DNA of 64,000 nucleotides from an uncultured Verrucomicrobiae bacterium (GTDB taxonomy: Bacteria; Verrucomicrobiota; Verrucomicrobiia; Palsa-1439): the NCBI GenBank assembly GCA_963812605.1, contig CAWEWF010000005.1:352001-416000 (forward strand). The letters run 5' to 3'. Under the pieces are notes generated by a model, which worked only from the letters and a program-made list of their open reading frames with translations, made no database searches and was not told the origin of the DNA. This document shows, in pieces, positions 20,815-31,419 of the stretch (position 1 is its first letter; every line of letters starts with the position of its first letter). Both the position numbers and the translations under genes were made by a program.

Positions 20815-21422
20815 AATCACCGGCTCAGCCAGCGATCTGGTCACAACGTGCCTGGTCCAAGGACGGCGTCTCGGTTGGTGAGTGTCGCGAGGCCGCGAAA
20901 GCCGCCGCGGCGGCCGAAATGGAAAACGAGGCGATGGTTTACCGGCAGACGGCCAGCGGCAGTCTCACCACGCCCCTGCGGATCGTCGGGATCCTCGCAT
21001 TTTGCCAGGCGCTCGCTTTTGTTGTGCTGTTCCTTTTCCTCTGCGCCCGAGCAGGCGCGGCGACCGAGGCGAAACCGACCTCCAGTCTCGAATTGAATCC
21101 GTCCGTCTATCTACCGCAAAACGCGCGGGATCCATTTGGATCAGAAGTTCCGAAAGCCACAGACGGGACAGCGGTCACGTCCCGACTCGCGGGACCCGAC
21201 ATGTTGAAACTCCAGGGGATTGTGTATGACAAAATCAATCCGTCCGCGCTGGTCAATGACCAACTCGTGGAATTGAACAAGACGGCCAAGGTGCAGACCG
21301 CACAAGGCGAAGTGGAAATCAAGGCGCTGGAGATTACCCGTGATCTGGTGTTGTTGGACGTGGGGGGCCAAAAGATCGAGTTGCGTCTCGGTGGGAATGA
21401 GCGCAAGCCGACGGACAAATGA
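20811..21422 (+). CDS. PilP/GspB-like protein
   Basis: RDPF and LKLQGIV..ALVN motifs; lies between pilO and the secretin; start may be 20932. Confidence 0.6.
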   Translation: MKSPAQPAIWSQRAWSKDGVSVGECREAAKAAAAAEMENEAMVYRQTASGSLTTPLRIVGILAFCQALAFVVLFLFLCARAGAATEAKPTSSLELNPSVYLPQNARDPFGSEVPKATDGTAVTSRLAGPDMLKLQGIVYDKINPSALVNDQLVELNKTAKVQTAQGEVEIKALEITRDLVLLDVGGQKIELRLGGNERKPTDK

Positions 21423-21470
21423 GTGGACAAGTCTACTGGCCCAGATGCTGCTCATGATAAGGAGGATAAC

Positions 21471-23066
21471 ATGACGAAGACACTACGATGCTTCATCCCT
21501 GGCGCGGTTGGCGCGCTGGCGATGTTCACACTGGCCTACGCGAACGACGGCGCCGCGGCAACAAACGCGGTTATGTCGAACATCGTCTCCGCCCCGGCGA
21601 CGATGACGGTGGCGCCCACCAACACCGTGGCATCCCCGAACATGCCGGTTGTCGTCGATGCGCAGCCGGTTTCCGACGAACCGATCGAAATCGGCTACAT
21701 CGAGGCTGATATCCAGAATGTCCTGCGCACGCTGGCGGCCAAGGCGGAAATCAACCTGATCCTTGGTGATGAAGTGACCGGCAAGGTCACAGTGAATTTG
21801 AAGGGCGTCTCCTATGAGCAGGCGATGCAGTTGATCGCGGAGTCCAAGGGCTATGCCTACGTGAAGGACAAGAACATCGTCAAGGTGAAATCCAAGGAAT
21901 CCCTGGATACCGAGGCGGTGGAACTGCGCGTCGTCACGCTGAATTACGCGAAGGCGGACGATATCAAAAAGACGCTCGACGGTGTGCTGACGAAGCAGGG
22001 CAAGATTCAAATCGATACCCGCAGCAATACGCTGGTGCTTTCCGATACGCCGTCCAATCTGTCGAAGATGATGCCGCTGATTCAAGCGCTCGACACGCAA
22101 ACACCACAGGTATTGATCGAAGCGAAATTCGTGGAAACCACGAAGAATCCCCAGAAAGACCTGGGGATTAACTGGAGCGGCACGCTGTTGAACCATCAGG
22201 TGATCGCGGGCGGCGCGGCCACGATCACCCCGGGCACGGCTCCGATCATTCCTGTTAACACTCAGAACCAACCCGCTGGCGGCTTTCAGTTTTCAAAGCC
22301 GCCGGGTGGCTCCTTGATTACGCCATGGGGGGCCGGGTCCGCACTGCTCGACGTAGGCCAGGCCAACATTGTCTTCTCTTTTTTGAGCCAGGACACGGAC
22401 ACGGAATTGCTGGCCAATCCGCGCGTGGTGACCACGGACAACGTCAAGGCGCGGATTTCGATTGCGGAACAGTTCCCGATTCCAAATTTTTCCTTCAGCG
22501 AACAGACCGCGTCGCTGCAGATCAATGGGTTTGAGTACAAGGACATCGGCATCATCCTGAGCGTGTTGCCGCGGGTGAACAAAGACGACTTCATTACGCT
22601 CGAAGTAGCGCCCGAAGCCAGCAGTTCCACGGAGAACGCGACGTTGCAGAGCGGCGGCGGCTCCTCCGTCCTGATTCCAATCATCAATACCCGCACGGCG
22701 ACCACGACGGTGCTCATCAAGAGCGGCAACACACTGGCGATTGGCGGGCTGATGCGCCAGGACGCGAGCGACAGTTACTCGAAAGTCCCGGTAATCGGCG
22801 ATGCGCCACTGATCGGTTCCTTCTTCCGCAGCAAGAGTCTCAACAAAACGAAACGCGATCTATTGATTTTCCTGACGCCGACCATCGTGCGTGGAGATTC
22901 GCAGGCAACGGGCTACGAGAAGTACGCCAAAGGCCTGCCGAATAAAGAAGTGTACACCGATGACAAGTGGATGCCGAGGGACAACGCGAAGCCGCGTCCG
23001 GTATTCGGCCTGTTCGGTGCCCCGGCAAACAACAATCCACCCGCGCAGAATTTCAGCCCGCAATAG
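21471..23066 (+). CDS. pilQ: Type IV pilus secretin PilQ
   Basis: STN and N domains (LNYAKA, DTRSNTL), QVLIEAKFVE, LANPRV, IGGL, LLIFLTPTI. Confidence 0.88.
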   Translation: MTKTLRCFIPGAVGALAMFTLAYANDGAAATNAVMSNIVSAPATMTVAPTNTVASPNMPVVVDAQPVSDEPIEIGYIEADIQNVLRTLAAKAEINLILGDEVTGKVTVNLKGVSYEQAMQLIAESKGYAYVKDKNIVKVKSKESLDTEAVELRVVTLNYAKADDIKKTLDGVLTKQGKIQIDTRSNTLVLSDTPSNLSKMMPLIQALDTQTPQVLIEAKFVETTKNPQKDLGINWSGTLLNHQVIAGGAATITPGTAPIIPVNTQNQPAGGFQFSKPPGGSLITPWGAGSALLDVGQANIVFSFLSQDTDTELLANPRVVTTDNVKARISIAEQFPIPNFSFSEQTASLQINGFEYKDIGIILSVLPRVNKDDFITLEVAPEASSSTENATLQSGGGSSVLIPIINTRTATTTVLIKSGNTLAIGGLMRQDASDSYSKVPVIGDAPLIGSFFRSKSLNKTKRDLLIFLTPTIVRGDSQATGYEKYAKGLPNKEVYTDDKWMPRDNAKPRPVFGLFGAPANNNPPAQNFSPQ

Positions 23067-23269
23067 TATTGTCCGGGATGAGGTGTTGGTTCCCGACGGG
23101 TGAGGGCGGGAGCCATGGTAGGGAGGGGCGTCCCTCGATGGACGCCCCTCGCACTACCGAGAGTGATCCTCGATTCTGAAAATCAGGCAAAGCCGTCTGG
23201 CAACGCGCGACCTTGGGAATCCCTCGAGAATTCGCGTGGTTTTCACTTCTTTCACGAAGCCGTCATGAC

Positions 23270-23285
23270 GGGTATAGCAACTGCT
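23270..23285 (+). promoter_or_regulatory. Possible sigma54 promoter upstream of the minor pilin operon
   Basis: GGGTATAGCAACTGCT (GG-N10-GC, weaker match). Confidence 0.5.
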
Positions 23286-23323
23286 TTTATGGAATTGAAA
23301 GGTGTGCGGCCGGCACGGGAGAG

Positions 23324-23716
23324 ATGATGATGCGGAAGTCATTCCAGGCGCGAGAGGGGTTCACGCTGGTCGAGTCCGTGATGGCCGTCATAATCCTTGG
23401 CGTTGCGCTTGGCGCCTGCATCCTGAGTTTCAGCATGGCCATGCGGACGGTCAATACCGCGACCAATCAGATGGCCGCGGTGCATGCCGCCCGCACCGAA
23501 CTGGAGGGCCTGCGAACGTACAGCCTTACGAATGCCTCGTCCTTGACGAGCGGCACGCACTCGTTCACCAACAACCTCACCGGTACGTATGTCGTGAGCA
23601 ATGTAAATACCTGGACGAGCATTGTCACGGTGAGCGTCCCCTACACCAATCATATCCACGGCAAGTTCTCGACAAACACATTGGCGACGACACTCGTCTC
23701 CACGTTGCACCCATGA
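23324..23716 (+). CDS. Minor pilin (PilV-like)
   Basis: G|FTLVESVMAVIIL prepilin motif. Confidence 0.8.
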   Translation: MMMRKSFQAREGFTLVESVMAVIILGVALGACILSFSMAMRTVNTATNQMAAVHAARTELEGLRTYSLTNASSLTSGTHSFTNNLTGTYVVSNVNTWTSIVTVSVPYTNHIHGKFSTNTLATTLVSTLHP

Positions 23717-24204
23717 AAATCCCGCGAATCAATCTACGGAGATCGTCCGGTGGCTTTACGCTTGTCGAGATGTTGATATCGGTGTCGGTCCTTACCATTG
23801 TCGTTGTCGGCACCTTCAACGTGTTCGTCCAGACCATCCGCTCGTATAACGCGACGACCCTGATGCGGACTTCCGCGACGCGCGCCAGCCTCGCCTTGGA
23901 TCGCATGGTGTACGGCGTGGGCACCAATAATGGGTTGCGGGAGGCCGCCCGGGCCAGCGTGACGGTGAGTAACGTGAGTTCCACCTTTTGGCGGCTCTCC
24001 TTTACCAACAGCGCCTATTTTCAATGGTCATCGACCACCAAGTGCATCACCGATCAATCGGGGAAAACAATCGGCACGAATGTTATTACCTCGACACTGA
24101 GCACCAACGGGAGCGGCTGCACGATTTCGCTTTCGGTCGCGGAGAGCGGGGGCGGCCGCATCATCACCAACACCATGGCCACCTTCGTACAATTCAGGAA
24201 TTGA
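23713..24204 (+). CDS. Minor pilin (PilW-like)
   Basis: G|FTLVEMLISVSVL; ends in FRN. Confidence 0.8.
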   Translation: MKIPRINLRRSSGGFTLVEMLISVSVLTIVVVGTFNVFVQTIRSYNATTLMRTSATRASLALDRMVYGVGTNNGLREAARASVTVSNVSSTFWRLSFTNSAYFQWSSTTKCITDQSGKTIGTNVITSTLSTNGSGCTISLSVAESGGGRIITNTMATFVQFRN

Positions 24205-24251
24205 GTTTTGGAACAAGCATGTCGGCAGCATTTCCAGAGGAAGGGGTAGTC

Positions 24252-25601
24252 ATGAAGAGAATCAAGCAGGGTTGCCGGAGTCAGCGGGGTTCCGTTCTGG
24301 TGGTCGTGATGGCCATTCTGTTCATCACCGTGGGGTTGGTGCTAGGGATTCTTGACGTGGCCAGCAACACCCGCAAGGCGGCGCAAGAACAGGCCGCCAT
24401 GGAACAGGCGATGTTTGTGGCCGAAGGCGGCATGGAGATCGGCGCTCGTTTCGTCGAGTCCAACGTCGTCACGCTGGTCTCCTCGGCCACCGGTGCCACC
24501 AACGGCACCGGGACCATCAGCACGGGCACAGGCAATACGGGGACGTACAGCTATTACATCACGAGAACCAATGGCAGCAGTTTCAGTGTCGTCTCTACCG
24601 GCAGCGTCAATGCCGTAATTCACGCGGGAACAGTTACCCGCGTGGTCAGCCTGATGCGCGTCTATCAGCCTTCCTACGCGCAGTATTCCTTCTGGGCCGC
24701 CACCAACGGCGGGATCTCCTTCGCGGCCACCGATGTCTTCAGCGGAGCAGTCCACACGGACGACCAGATGACTTTTATTACTTCCGGTGGAGTCGGCGCG
24801 ACCTTCGAGTCCACCTGCACGTCCCTGGCGACGACGTATGCGGGAGACGATTCCGGGTGCACCTTTGCGGACGGTCTGGGCCTGGGGGTTTACGAAGGCA
24901 CGATGGCCTCGATTGATTTTAATTCCGCGGCGTCGACGTCACTCAAGAGCACGGCATCAAGCATTGGAAACAGTGGAACACTGCTTTCCGGCAGCACGAC
25001 CATCACGTTCAACGGCGGCACCATGTCGATCAGCAATGACCGCAGAGGCTGGACCAATCAGTCGGTCAACATTACTGGCACGGCGATCATCTACGTCCAG
25101 ACCGTCGCGACGGGTCCAGTCGGCACTCAGCCCGGTACCGTCTATCTGAATGGCGGGAAGGTGACGGGCCAACTGACCATCGCCAGTGAGTCAGATATGA
25201 CCGTCGGCGGCAGCATCACCTACACGACCGATCCGCGTGTTCATCCCACTTCCACGGATGCGCTGGGATTGCTTTCGGAAGCCGATGTCTATGTCGGCAC
25301 CACCGCGCCCAATAATGAGGAGATCGACGCGGCCGTCATGGCAACAGGCGAAGCCAGCGGCACCCCTGGCAGCTTCGGCGTCAACAACTACAACAGCGGG
25401 TCGCCGCGCGGCACCCTGACCGTTTACGGCGGCATCGTGGAAGAGAACCGTGGCGCGGTCGGTACGGCCAGCGGCGGCGTTATTAATCATGGATTTAGCA
25501 AAGCGTACAGCTACGATCCGCGATTCATCACCACCCCGCCCCCGTACTATCCGACGGTATCCGGTGTGCTGAAGTTCACGAACTGGGCGGAGGGACATTA
25601 G
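24252..25601 (+). CDS. PilX-like minor pilin with large Thr/Gly/Ser-rich C-terminal domain
   Basis: RG|SVLVVVM (no Glu5), AEGG, GAVHTD, YDPRF..PPPYYP. Confidence 0.75.
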   Translation: MKRIKQGCRSQRGSVLVVVMAILFITVGLVLGILDVASNTRKAAQEQAAMEQAMFVAEGGMEIGARFVESNVVTLVSSATGATNGTGTISTGTGNTGTYSYYITRTNGSSFSVVSTGSVNAVIHAGTVTRVVSLMRVYQPSYAQYSFWAATNGGISFAATDVFSGAVHTDDQMTFITSGGVGATFESTCTSLATTYAGDDSGCTFADGLGLGVYEGTMASIDFNSAASTSLKSTASSIGNSGTLLSGSTTITFNGGTMSISNDRRGWTNQSVNITGTAIIYVQTVATGPVGTQPGTVYLNGGKVTGQLTIASESDMTVGGSITYTTDPRVHPTSTDALGLLSEADVYVGTTAPNNEEIDAAVMATGEASGTPGSFGVNNYNSGSPRGTLTVYGGIVEENRGAVGTASGGVINHGFSKAYSYDPRFITTPPPYYPTVSGVLKFTNWAEGH

Positions 25602-25603
25602 GA

Positions 25604-26038
25604 ATGAGTATCAGGTCCCTGGACACGGATTCCAAGCGCTGGCTTGCCGTTCTGGGCGCAGCTTGCCTGGTTTCGATGGCCATGCTTGGGCATTCATTTA
25701 TGAACGCCTTGTCTCCAGTGGAAGAGAACAGTGTCACCATCCAAAAACCAGCCGCGACCACGGACGAGGCGCGGACCCGAAGCGAACCCGCTTGGAGCGC
25801 CCCCCAACAAATCGCTGCGACCGAAAATCACGAGGCGGCCGTTCGAGTTTCGCCATTCGACGGGAAAAACAGGTTACTGACCAAGAAGGATGAGATAGCG
25901 GCGCAACAGGAAGAGGTCCACCGCCAAGCCGACTACCTTCGGAAGCTTATTGCCGACGGCAAGCTCCCGGCCGGATTAGCCCCTCTCACGAAGGAACAAG
26001 TCGATGAGATGGAAAGAAACGGCGAAACCATCCAGTAG
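25604..26038 (+). CDS. Hypothetical membrane-anchored protein
   Basis: N-terminal TM helix; last gene of the minor pilin operon. Confidence 0.6.
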   Translation: MSIRSLDTDSKRWLAVLGAACLVSMAMLGHSFMNALSPVEENSVTIQKPAATTDEARTRSEPAWSAPQQIAATENHEAAVRVSPFDGKNRLLTKKDEIAAQQEEVHRQADYLRKLIADGKLPAGLAPLTKEQVDEMERNGETIQ

Positions 26039-26056
26039 GTTGGCCGTCGTCGCCGC

Positions 26057-27485
26057 TTACTTCACTTCCAGCCGCTTGGCGATCCGGAATTTCTCGATGC
26101 GTTTGCGCAGCGTCGCGCGGGTGATGCCCAACAGCCGCGCGGCCTGGACCTGGTTGCCGTTGGTTTCCACGAGGGCCCGCGCGATCAACTCGCGCTCCAC
26201 CACCGCCATGATCTTCAGTTTCGGGTCCTTCTTCGCGAGCGCATAGAGCGGGCGTACCGCCGCGTCGATCGCCGCGGCCAGGTCTTCCGGCGGCACGGTC
26301 ATGGCCCGCGGTTCGCGGACCTCCGTCGGCAGATCCTTGGGCAGGATCGAATCGCCGCGAGCCACCACCGCGGCGCGCTCGATCACGTTCTCCAATTCCC
26401 GCACATTGCCTGGCCAGGGAGACTTATCGAGGATCCGGAGGGCTTCCGTCGAGATTTTGGTGACCTTCCCGGGGAGGGTGCCCGACTTCAGGAACTGCTG
26501 CAGAAAATAGTCCACCAGCAGACGGATGTCCTCGGGACGCTCGCGCAACGGCGGCAGGTGGATGCGGACCACATTCAAGCGGTAATATAGATCCTCTCGA
26601 AACTTTTTCACGGCGATGAGTTGTTCGGGATGCTTGTTCGTCGCGGCGATGACGCGCACGTCCACGTGAAAGGTTTGATTACCACCGACGCGCTGGAATT
26701 CGCCGTTCTGCAACACGCGCAGGATTTTCGTCTGGGTCGAAAGCGGCATGTCCCCAATCTCATCGAGGAAAATGGTCCCCTGGTCGCATTGTTCGAATTT
26801 GCCGATGCGGCGTTCGACGGCGCCGGTGTACGAACCTTTTTCGTGGCCGAACAATTCGCTCTCCAACAGGTGTTCGGGAATGGCCGCGCAATTGATGGCC
26901 AGGAAGGGATTCTCGGCGCGCCGGCTGATGATGATAAATCGCGCGGGCGACCAATTCCTTGCCCGTGCCGCTTTCGCCGGTGATGAGCACCGTTGCGTCC
27001 GATTGCGATACCTGGCCGATGAGTTTGAAGACCTGCTGCATCGGCTCGCTCTTGCCGACGATGCCTTCGGCATAGTCTTCGCTCGCCAGCAGCGGCTGGT
27101 AGCTCACCACCTCGCGCATGTCGCGGGCGGCCTTCAGCGCGGATTCAATGAGCGCTTTGAGTTTCGGCACTTCGAGGGGCTTAAGGACGTAGTCATAAGC
27201 GCCCAGCTTCATCGCCTCGATGGCGGTTTGTGTCGTCCCGTAGGCGGTCATCATGATGATGAGCAGTTTTGGATCGAGCTCGCGCAGCTTGCGCAAGGTG
27301 TCGAGCCCGCTGGTCGCGCCCATGCGGATATCCATGACCACGAGATTCGGGCGCTCCTTGGCAATCATCCGGATCGCTTCCTCGCCGTTGCCCGCGTCGA
27401 CCACTTCCAGCGTGTCACTGGCGAGGTTGCGATGGAAGGCGCGCCGAATGTCCGCCTCGTCGTCGACAACCAGTATCTTATCCAT
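26057..27485 (-). CDS. sigma54-dependent response regulator (frameshift near 26930, probably sequencing error)
   Basis: REC and GESGTGKE in one frame; [24 protein letters not shown] in another. Confidence 0.85.
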
Positions 27486-27564
27486 GGCGCGGCATCTTAG
27501 TCGCGCCAGGCTTGGAGGGCAAGCGTTCCGCTAACCGAACGAAAAAAAGCGGCGCCATCGAACA

Positions 27565-28956
27565 TCAACCAGGCGCACCGTCATGATGCTGCGCCTGCGC
27601 CGCGACGCGGGAGCGGGCGAACTCCAGGGCTTCCGCACGTGATTTCAGCCGTTCTTCCAGTTGCAACTCCTCTACTTCGTGTAGAATCCGCCCGACCGAT
27701 GGCCCGGGCTTGAGACCCAGCGCCAGCAAGTCGTGCCCGGTCAGCAGGGGCGCGGGCTTTAGGACTTCCGGCGGCATCTCGGCGGCTTTCGCTTTCAGGA
27801 ATTCGTAGTTTTCCAGATTGCGATGGCTGGAGGCGCAGTCGATCCGGTGCAGTTCCAACTCCTCGGGAAAGGTTTCGCGGGCGAGGAGGCGTTTCAATTT
27901 TGCCGGCCGCATCTCCTTGACGAACTGAAACCGCATATGCTCGCGGACGCTGAGGACGATCTTCTCGATCTCGTCATTCGAGAAGCGCAGCCGGCGCAGA
28001 ATGATTTCGGCCATTTCCGCCCCGACGCGGTCGTGTTCATTGAACCGGATTCGATCCGGCGCGCGCACAAACGTCGGCGGCTTGCCCACGTCATGCAGCA
28101 ACACCGCAAACGCCAGTACTACGCTTGGGTTTGCGGGCAGCGTATCCAGCATCAATCGCGTATGCACGAACACATCGCCCTCGGGATGGAACTCCGGAGG
28201 TTGTTCCACCCCTTTCATCGCCGCGAGTTCAGGTAAAATTTCGCGCAAGAGTCCGCTGGCATCCAGGAGTTCCAGGCCGCGCCCGGCATTTGCCCGTGTA
28301 AAGATTTTCACCAACTCATCGCGAATGCGCTCCGCGCTCACCACGTGAATCTGTGCGGCCATTTCCTTTACCGCGTCGAAGGTTGCGGTTTCGATTGCGT
28401 ATCCAAGATTCGCCGCGAAGCGCACGCACCGCAGCAACCGCAGCTTGTCTTCCGTGAACCGTTCGCGCGGTCCGCCGATGGTCCGCACCAATTTTCGTTC
28501 GATATCAGCGCGTCCGCCGACGAAATCAATGATTTGTCCTGGTAGGGCGGGCTGGCCGGCCCAGCCCAGGCAGGGACGCCTGCGCCACGTCGGGGAGAGG
28601 AAGGGGTCGAAGAACAATCCGTTGATCGTGAAATCGCGCCGTCGCGCGTCTTCTTCGGGAGAACCGTACCGCACCCCGGTCGGTCGCCGGCCATCGACGT
28701 ACGCTTCGTCCGAGCGAAACGTCGCCACCTCGAATTGATGTCCACCCTCCAGCACCAAAACGACCCCGAAAGCCGCGCCGACCGGCACGGTCCTGGCAAA
28801 CAGCGCCTGAACTTGTTCAGGTGTAGCGCTCGTCGCAATATCGATGTCGTGCGGCTCAACCCCGCGCACCATGTCGCGAACGCAACCACCATTGAAATAA
28901 GCCATGTGCCCCGCTTCGCGCAGGCGTTTCACGATGCTGATGGCAGCTTGTTTCAT
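27565..28956 (-). CDS. cca: CCA tRNA nucleotidyltransferase with HD domain
   Basis: GGCVRD, DIDIAT, RRDFTING, EDKLRLLR, SAERI, HPEGD, LLHDVGK. Confidence 0.85.
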   Translation of the reverse strand: MKQAAISIVKRLREAGHMAYFNGGCVRDMVRGVEPHDIDIATSATPEQVQALFARTVPVGAAFGVVLVLEGGHQFEVATFRSDEAYVDGRRPTGVRYGSPEEDARRRDFTINGLFFDPFLSPTWRRRPCLGWAGQPALPGQIIDFVGGRADIERKLVRTIGGPRERFTEDKLRLLRCVRFAANLGYAIETATFDAVKEMAAQIHVVSAERIRDELVKIFTRANAGRGLELLDASGLLREILPELAAMKGVEQPPEFHPEGDVFVHTRLMLDTLPANPSVVLAFAVLLHDVGKPPTFVRAPDRIRFNEHDRVGAEMAEIILRRLRFSNDEIEKIVLSVREHMRFQFVKEMRPAKLKRLLARETFPEELELHRIDCASSHRNLENYEFLKAKAAEMPPEVLKPAPLLTGHDLLALGLKPGPSVGRILHEVEELQLEERLKSRAEALEFARSRVAAQAQHHDGAPG

Positions 28957-29239
28957 GTATGGACACACTAATTGAGCGGTTTGGCAGGTGCAAGCATTGG
29001 GCGGAAGTTGTGGGAACGTCGTGCCGAGCGCGTGGCTGTTTATCGCTCCAAGCTTCCCCAAAAGCCTTCAGAGCCTGTTAACGGGTCTCTGCAACGCTAC
29101 GCTGCACGGTTAGGAAACGTTTGATCGACGCCAAGAGAATAGTGCTTGCCTTTCGCAGTCAGAATCGCACTCTGCTTGATGAGGAGCGGTCGGATGGCCT
29201 GACAGGGCGAATCCGAAGCCGCGGAGGAAATGCAAATGA

Positions 29240-30675
29240 ATGTTTTTCATAGTGAGTAAAGCCTTGAGCGTACAAGAAAAACAAATCGATCGGTCTAGGA
29301 GCTTGAACAGGCCGAAAGCCGGTCGAGTTCACCCCAGCCGGATACGTTACATCATCGCCGGCGCTGCGGCGTCGTTCCGCGACGAACCTGACGGCGACCT
29401 GACCACGGCCCAAAGCGATTCTGCCGCCCGCAGCCGCACCTACGGGGTCTTCATTGGTCTGTTCGTCCTTCTCAGCCTGTTTTTCTCGTTCGTGCCGGTC
29501 CATAACAGTCTCAAGAACCGGACGAAGGACTACGACCTCTGGTACAACGTGGGAAAGATTGTCCTCCGCGGCGGCGATATTTACCAGAAAGGCGCGGACG
29601 GATATTTCCAGTTCATGTATCCGCCCACCGCGGCAGTCTTGCTGGCGCCAGTGAGCGCGTTGGGACAGAATCCGCTCATCGTCGTCCTGGATGTCATCAA
29701 CGTCGTGGCCTGGATGGGCAGTGTGCTGATGGGAGTGTACCTGATCACGGGGCGAGCCGTACGACAACATCCGTTGCTCTATCTCGTGCCGACGGTATGC
29801 ACCGCGCCCTACGTGTGGGACATCTACCTGCTGGGACAGGTCAACCTCCTGTTGTTGGCGCTGATGCTCGGCGCATTCGTCTGTCTCCGCCTCCGTCGCG
29901 AATGGGGCGCCGGCGCGCTGATCGCATTGGCGGTGGGTCTCAAGGCTTTCCCCATTCTCTCGATCGCGTATCTCGTGTATCGGCGACACTGGACTGCGGT
30001 GTTGTCTACGATTGTGTTCCTCGTCGCCTTCCTCGTGCTCTTGCCGGCGCCGTTCCGGGGGTTTCAACGCAATCTGCAGGACCTCAAGACGTGGACTCAG
30101 GGCATGGCGTTCCATTACGATGGGAACTCCATCGCGCAGCGTCCGCGCCGCGGATACAGTTCGAAAAATCACTCGTTGCTGGCCGTGGCGAATCGCCTCC
30201 TGCGGCCGGTGCCGCGCTCGATGGGCCCGGCGAGCCGCGCTACGTCAACATCGCCGATCTTTCCTTCCACCAGATCAACCTCATCGTGGCGATCGTCGGG
30301 TTGGGGTTGTGCCTCTTTTACGTGACCTCGATGCCGCGTTACGCGCAGCGCACCGGGGAATCTGACTCGATTGAATTTGCCATGCTGCTGCTGATGATCC
30401 TGATGTTTTCACCGCTGTCGTTCACGTACTTCTACGTCTGGCTGCTCTACCCGCTGATGGTGGCGTTGCACATCGTTCTCGCGACGGCCGGCCCGTCGCG
30501 GGAGCGGACGTTGAGATGGGTCTGGTTTGTGGTCGTGCTGGTGTTACTGGGCCTGAATCTGCCATGGTTCAATCGCGCGCAAGCGTTGGACGCACACTTG
30601 TGGGTGTGCCTGACGCTGTTGTTCGGGTTGGGCTGGAAACTGCGGCAACTGAAACCTGCCCCGCTTCCATTGTAG
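29240..30675 (+). CDS. GT87-family membrane glycosyltransferase (frameshift near 30225)
   Basis: FMYPP, GQVNLL, LKAFP, NHSL; TM helices continue in the second frame; start uncertain. Confidence 0.75.
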
Positions 30676-30941
30676 GGCGCGAAGTCCAGAGGGTTTCGCG
30701 CCTTCTCGGTTCGGAGGAGCGCAGTCTATCGCGTTCATTGCAATATCGCTGTCACAGGGCTCAACGCCGCATCATGTCACGAAGGCAACTCGAGGTGGGG
30801 ATGGAAGTCTGAGCGTGGAAGGCTAGAATGGAAGGACTGCAAAACATGTTTCCGTGCTGAGTACAGCTTGGCTATGATTTGTTGGAATAAGAGCAATGAG
30901 GTGATTGCGAAGATGTTGTTGGTCTATTATCATCAGCGGTG

Positions 30942-31212
30942 ATGAAACCGGACACTGTCACTGTTTCCCATCTCTTCGATAGCCACGTGTATCTGATACT
31001 ATCTTTCAGCGAGGCTACGTCTGGACTCTCGAAGGGCAATGGAAACCTCTTTGGCAGGACATTTTGAACAGGCTGAGGCGCTACGAACGCACGATCCGGA
31101 ACAGAAACGGGAGATTCGAAAACATTTTCTTGGAGCGTTTGTTCTTAATCAGGCAAACATGGGAGTTCGACACGTAGCTACTCAGAAGTCATCGACGGTC
31201 AGCAGCGGCTAG
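30942..31212 (+). pseudogene. Truncated, frameshifted DUF262 (GmrSD/ParB-like NTPase) gene remnant
   Basis: Across frames: MKPDTVTV..FQRGYVW..W..LWQDI..HFLGAFVL..EVIDGQQRL, then ends. Confidence 0.75.
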
Positions 31213-31419
31213 GGCAATTTCGCTCTCCACTGTTCCTTCACTGCCTGCCAGTTCACAGGGTCATTAGTGGCGTGAATCGCAGTTGTGCGTCGTTGTGGAT
31301 TGGCGACGGAGTCGCCAGCCTGATTTAGGAATCAGCACAAAACACCAGAGTGTGGGGATGAGAGATGAATTATGAAGAATGAAGGGACAGAGGAATGGAT
31401 TGAGGGATCGCTGCGAAGA

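Noticed and set aside
14231-26038. Type II secretion system
   Set aside because: PilM/N/O/P/Q order, separately promoted major pilins and PilV/W/X-like genes fit type IVa pili better
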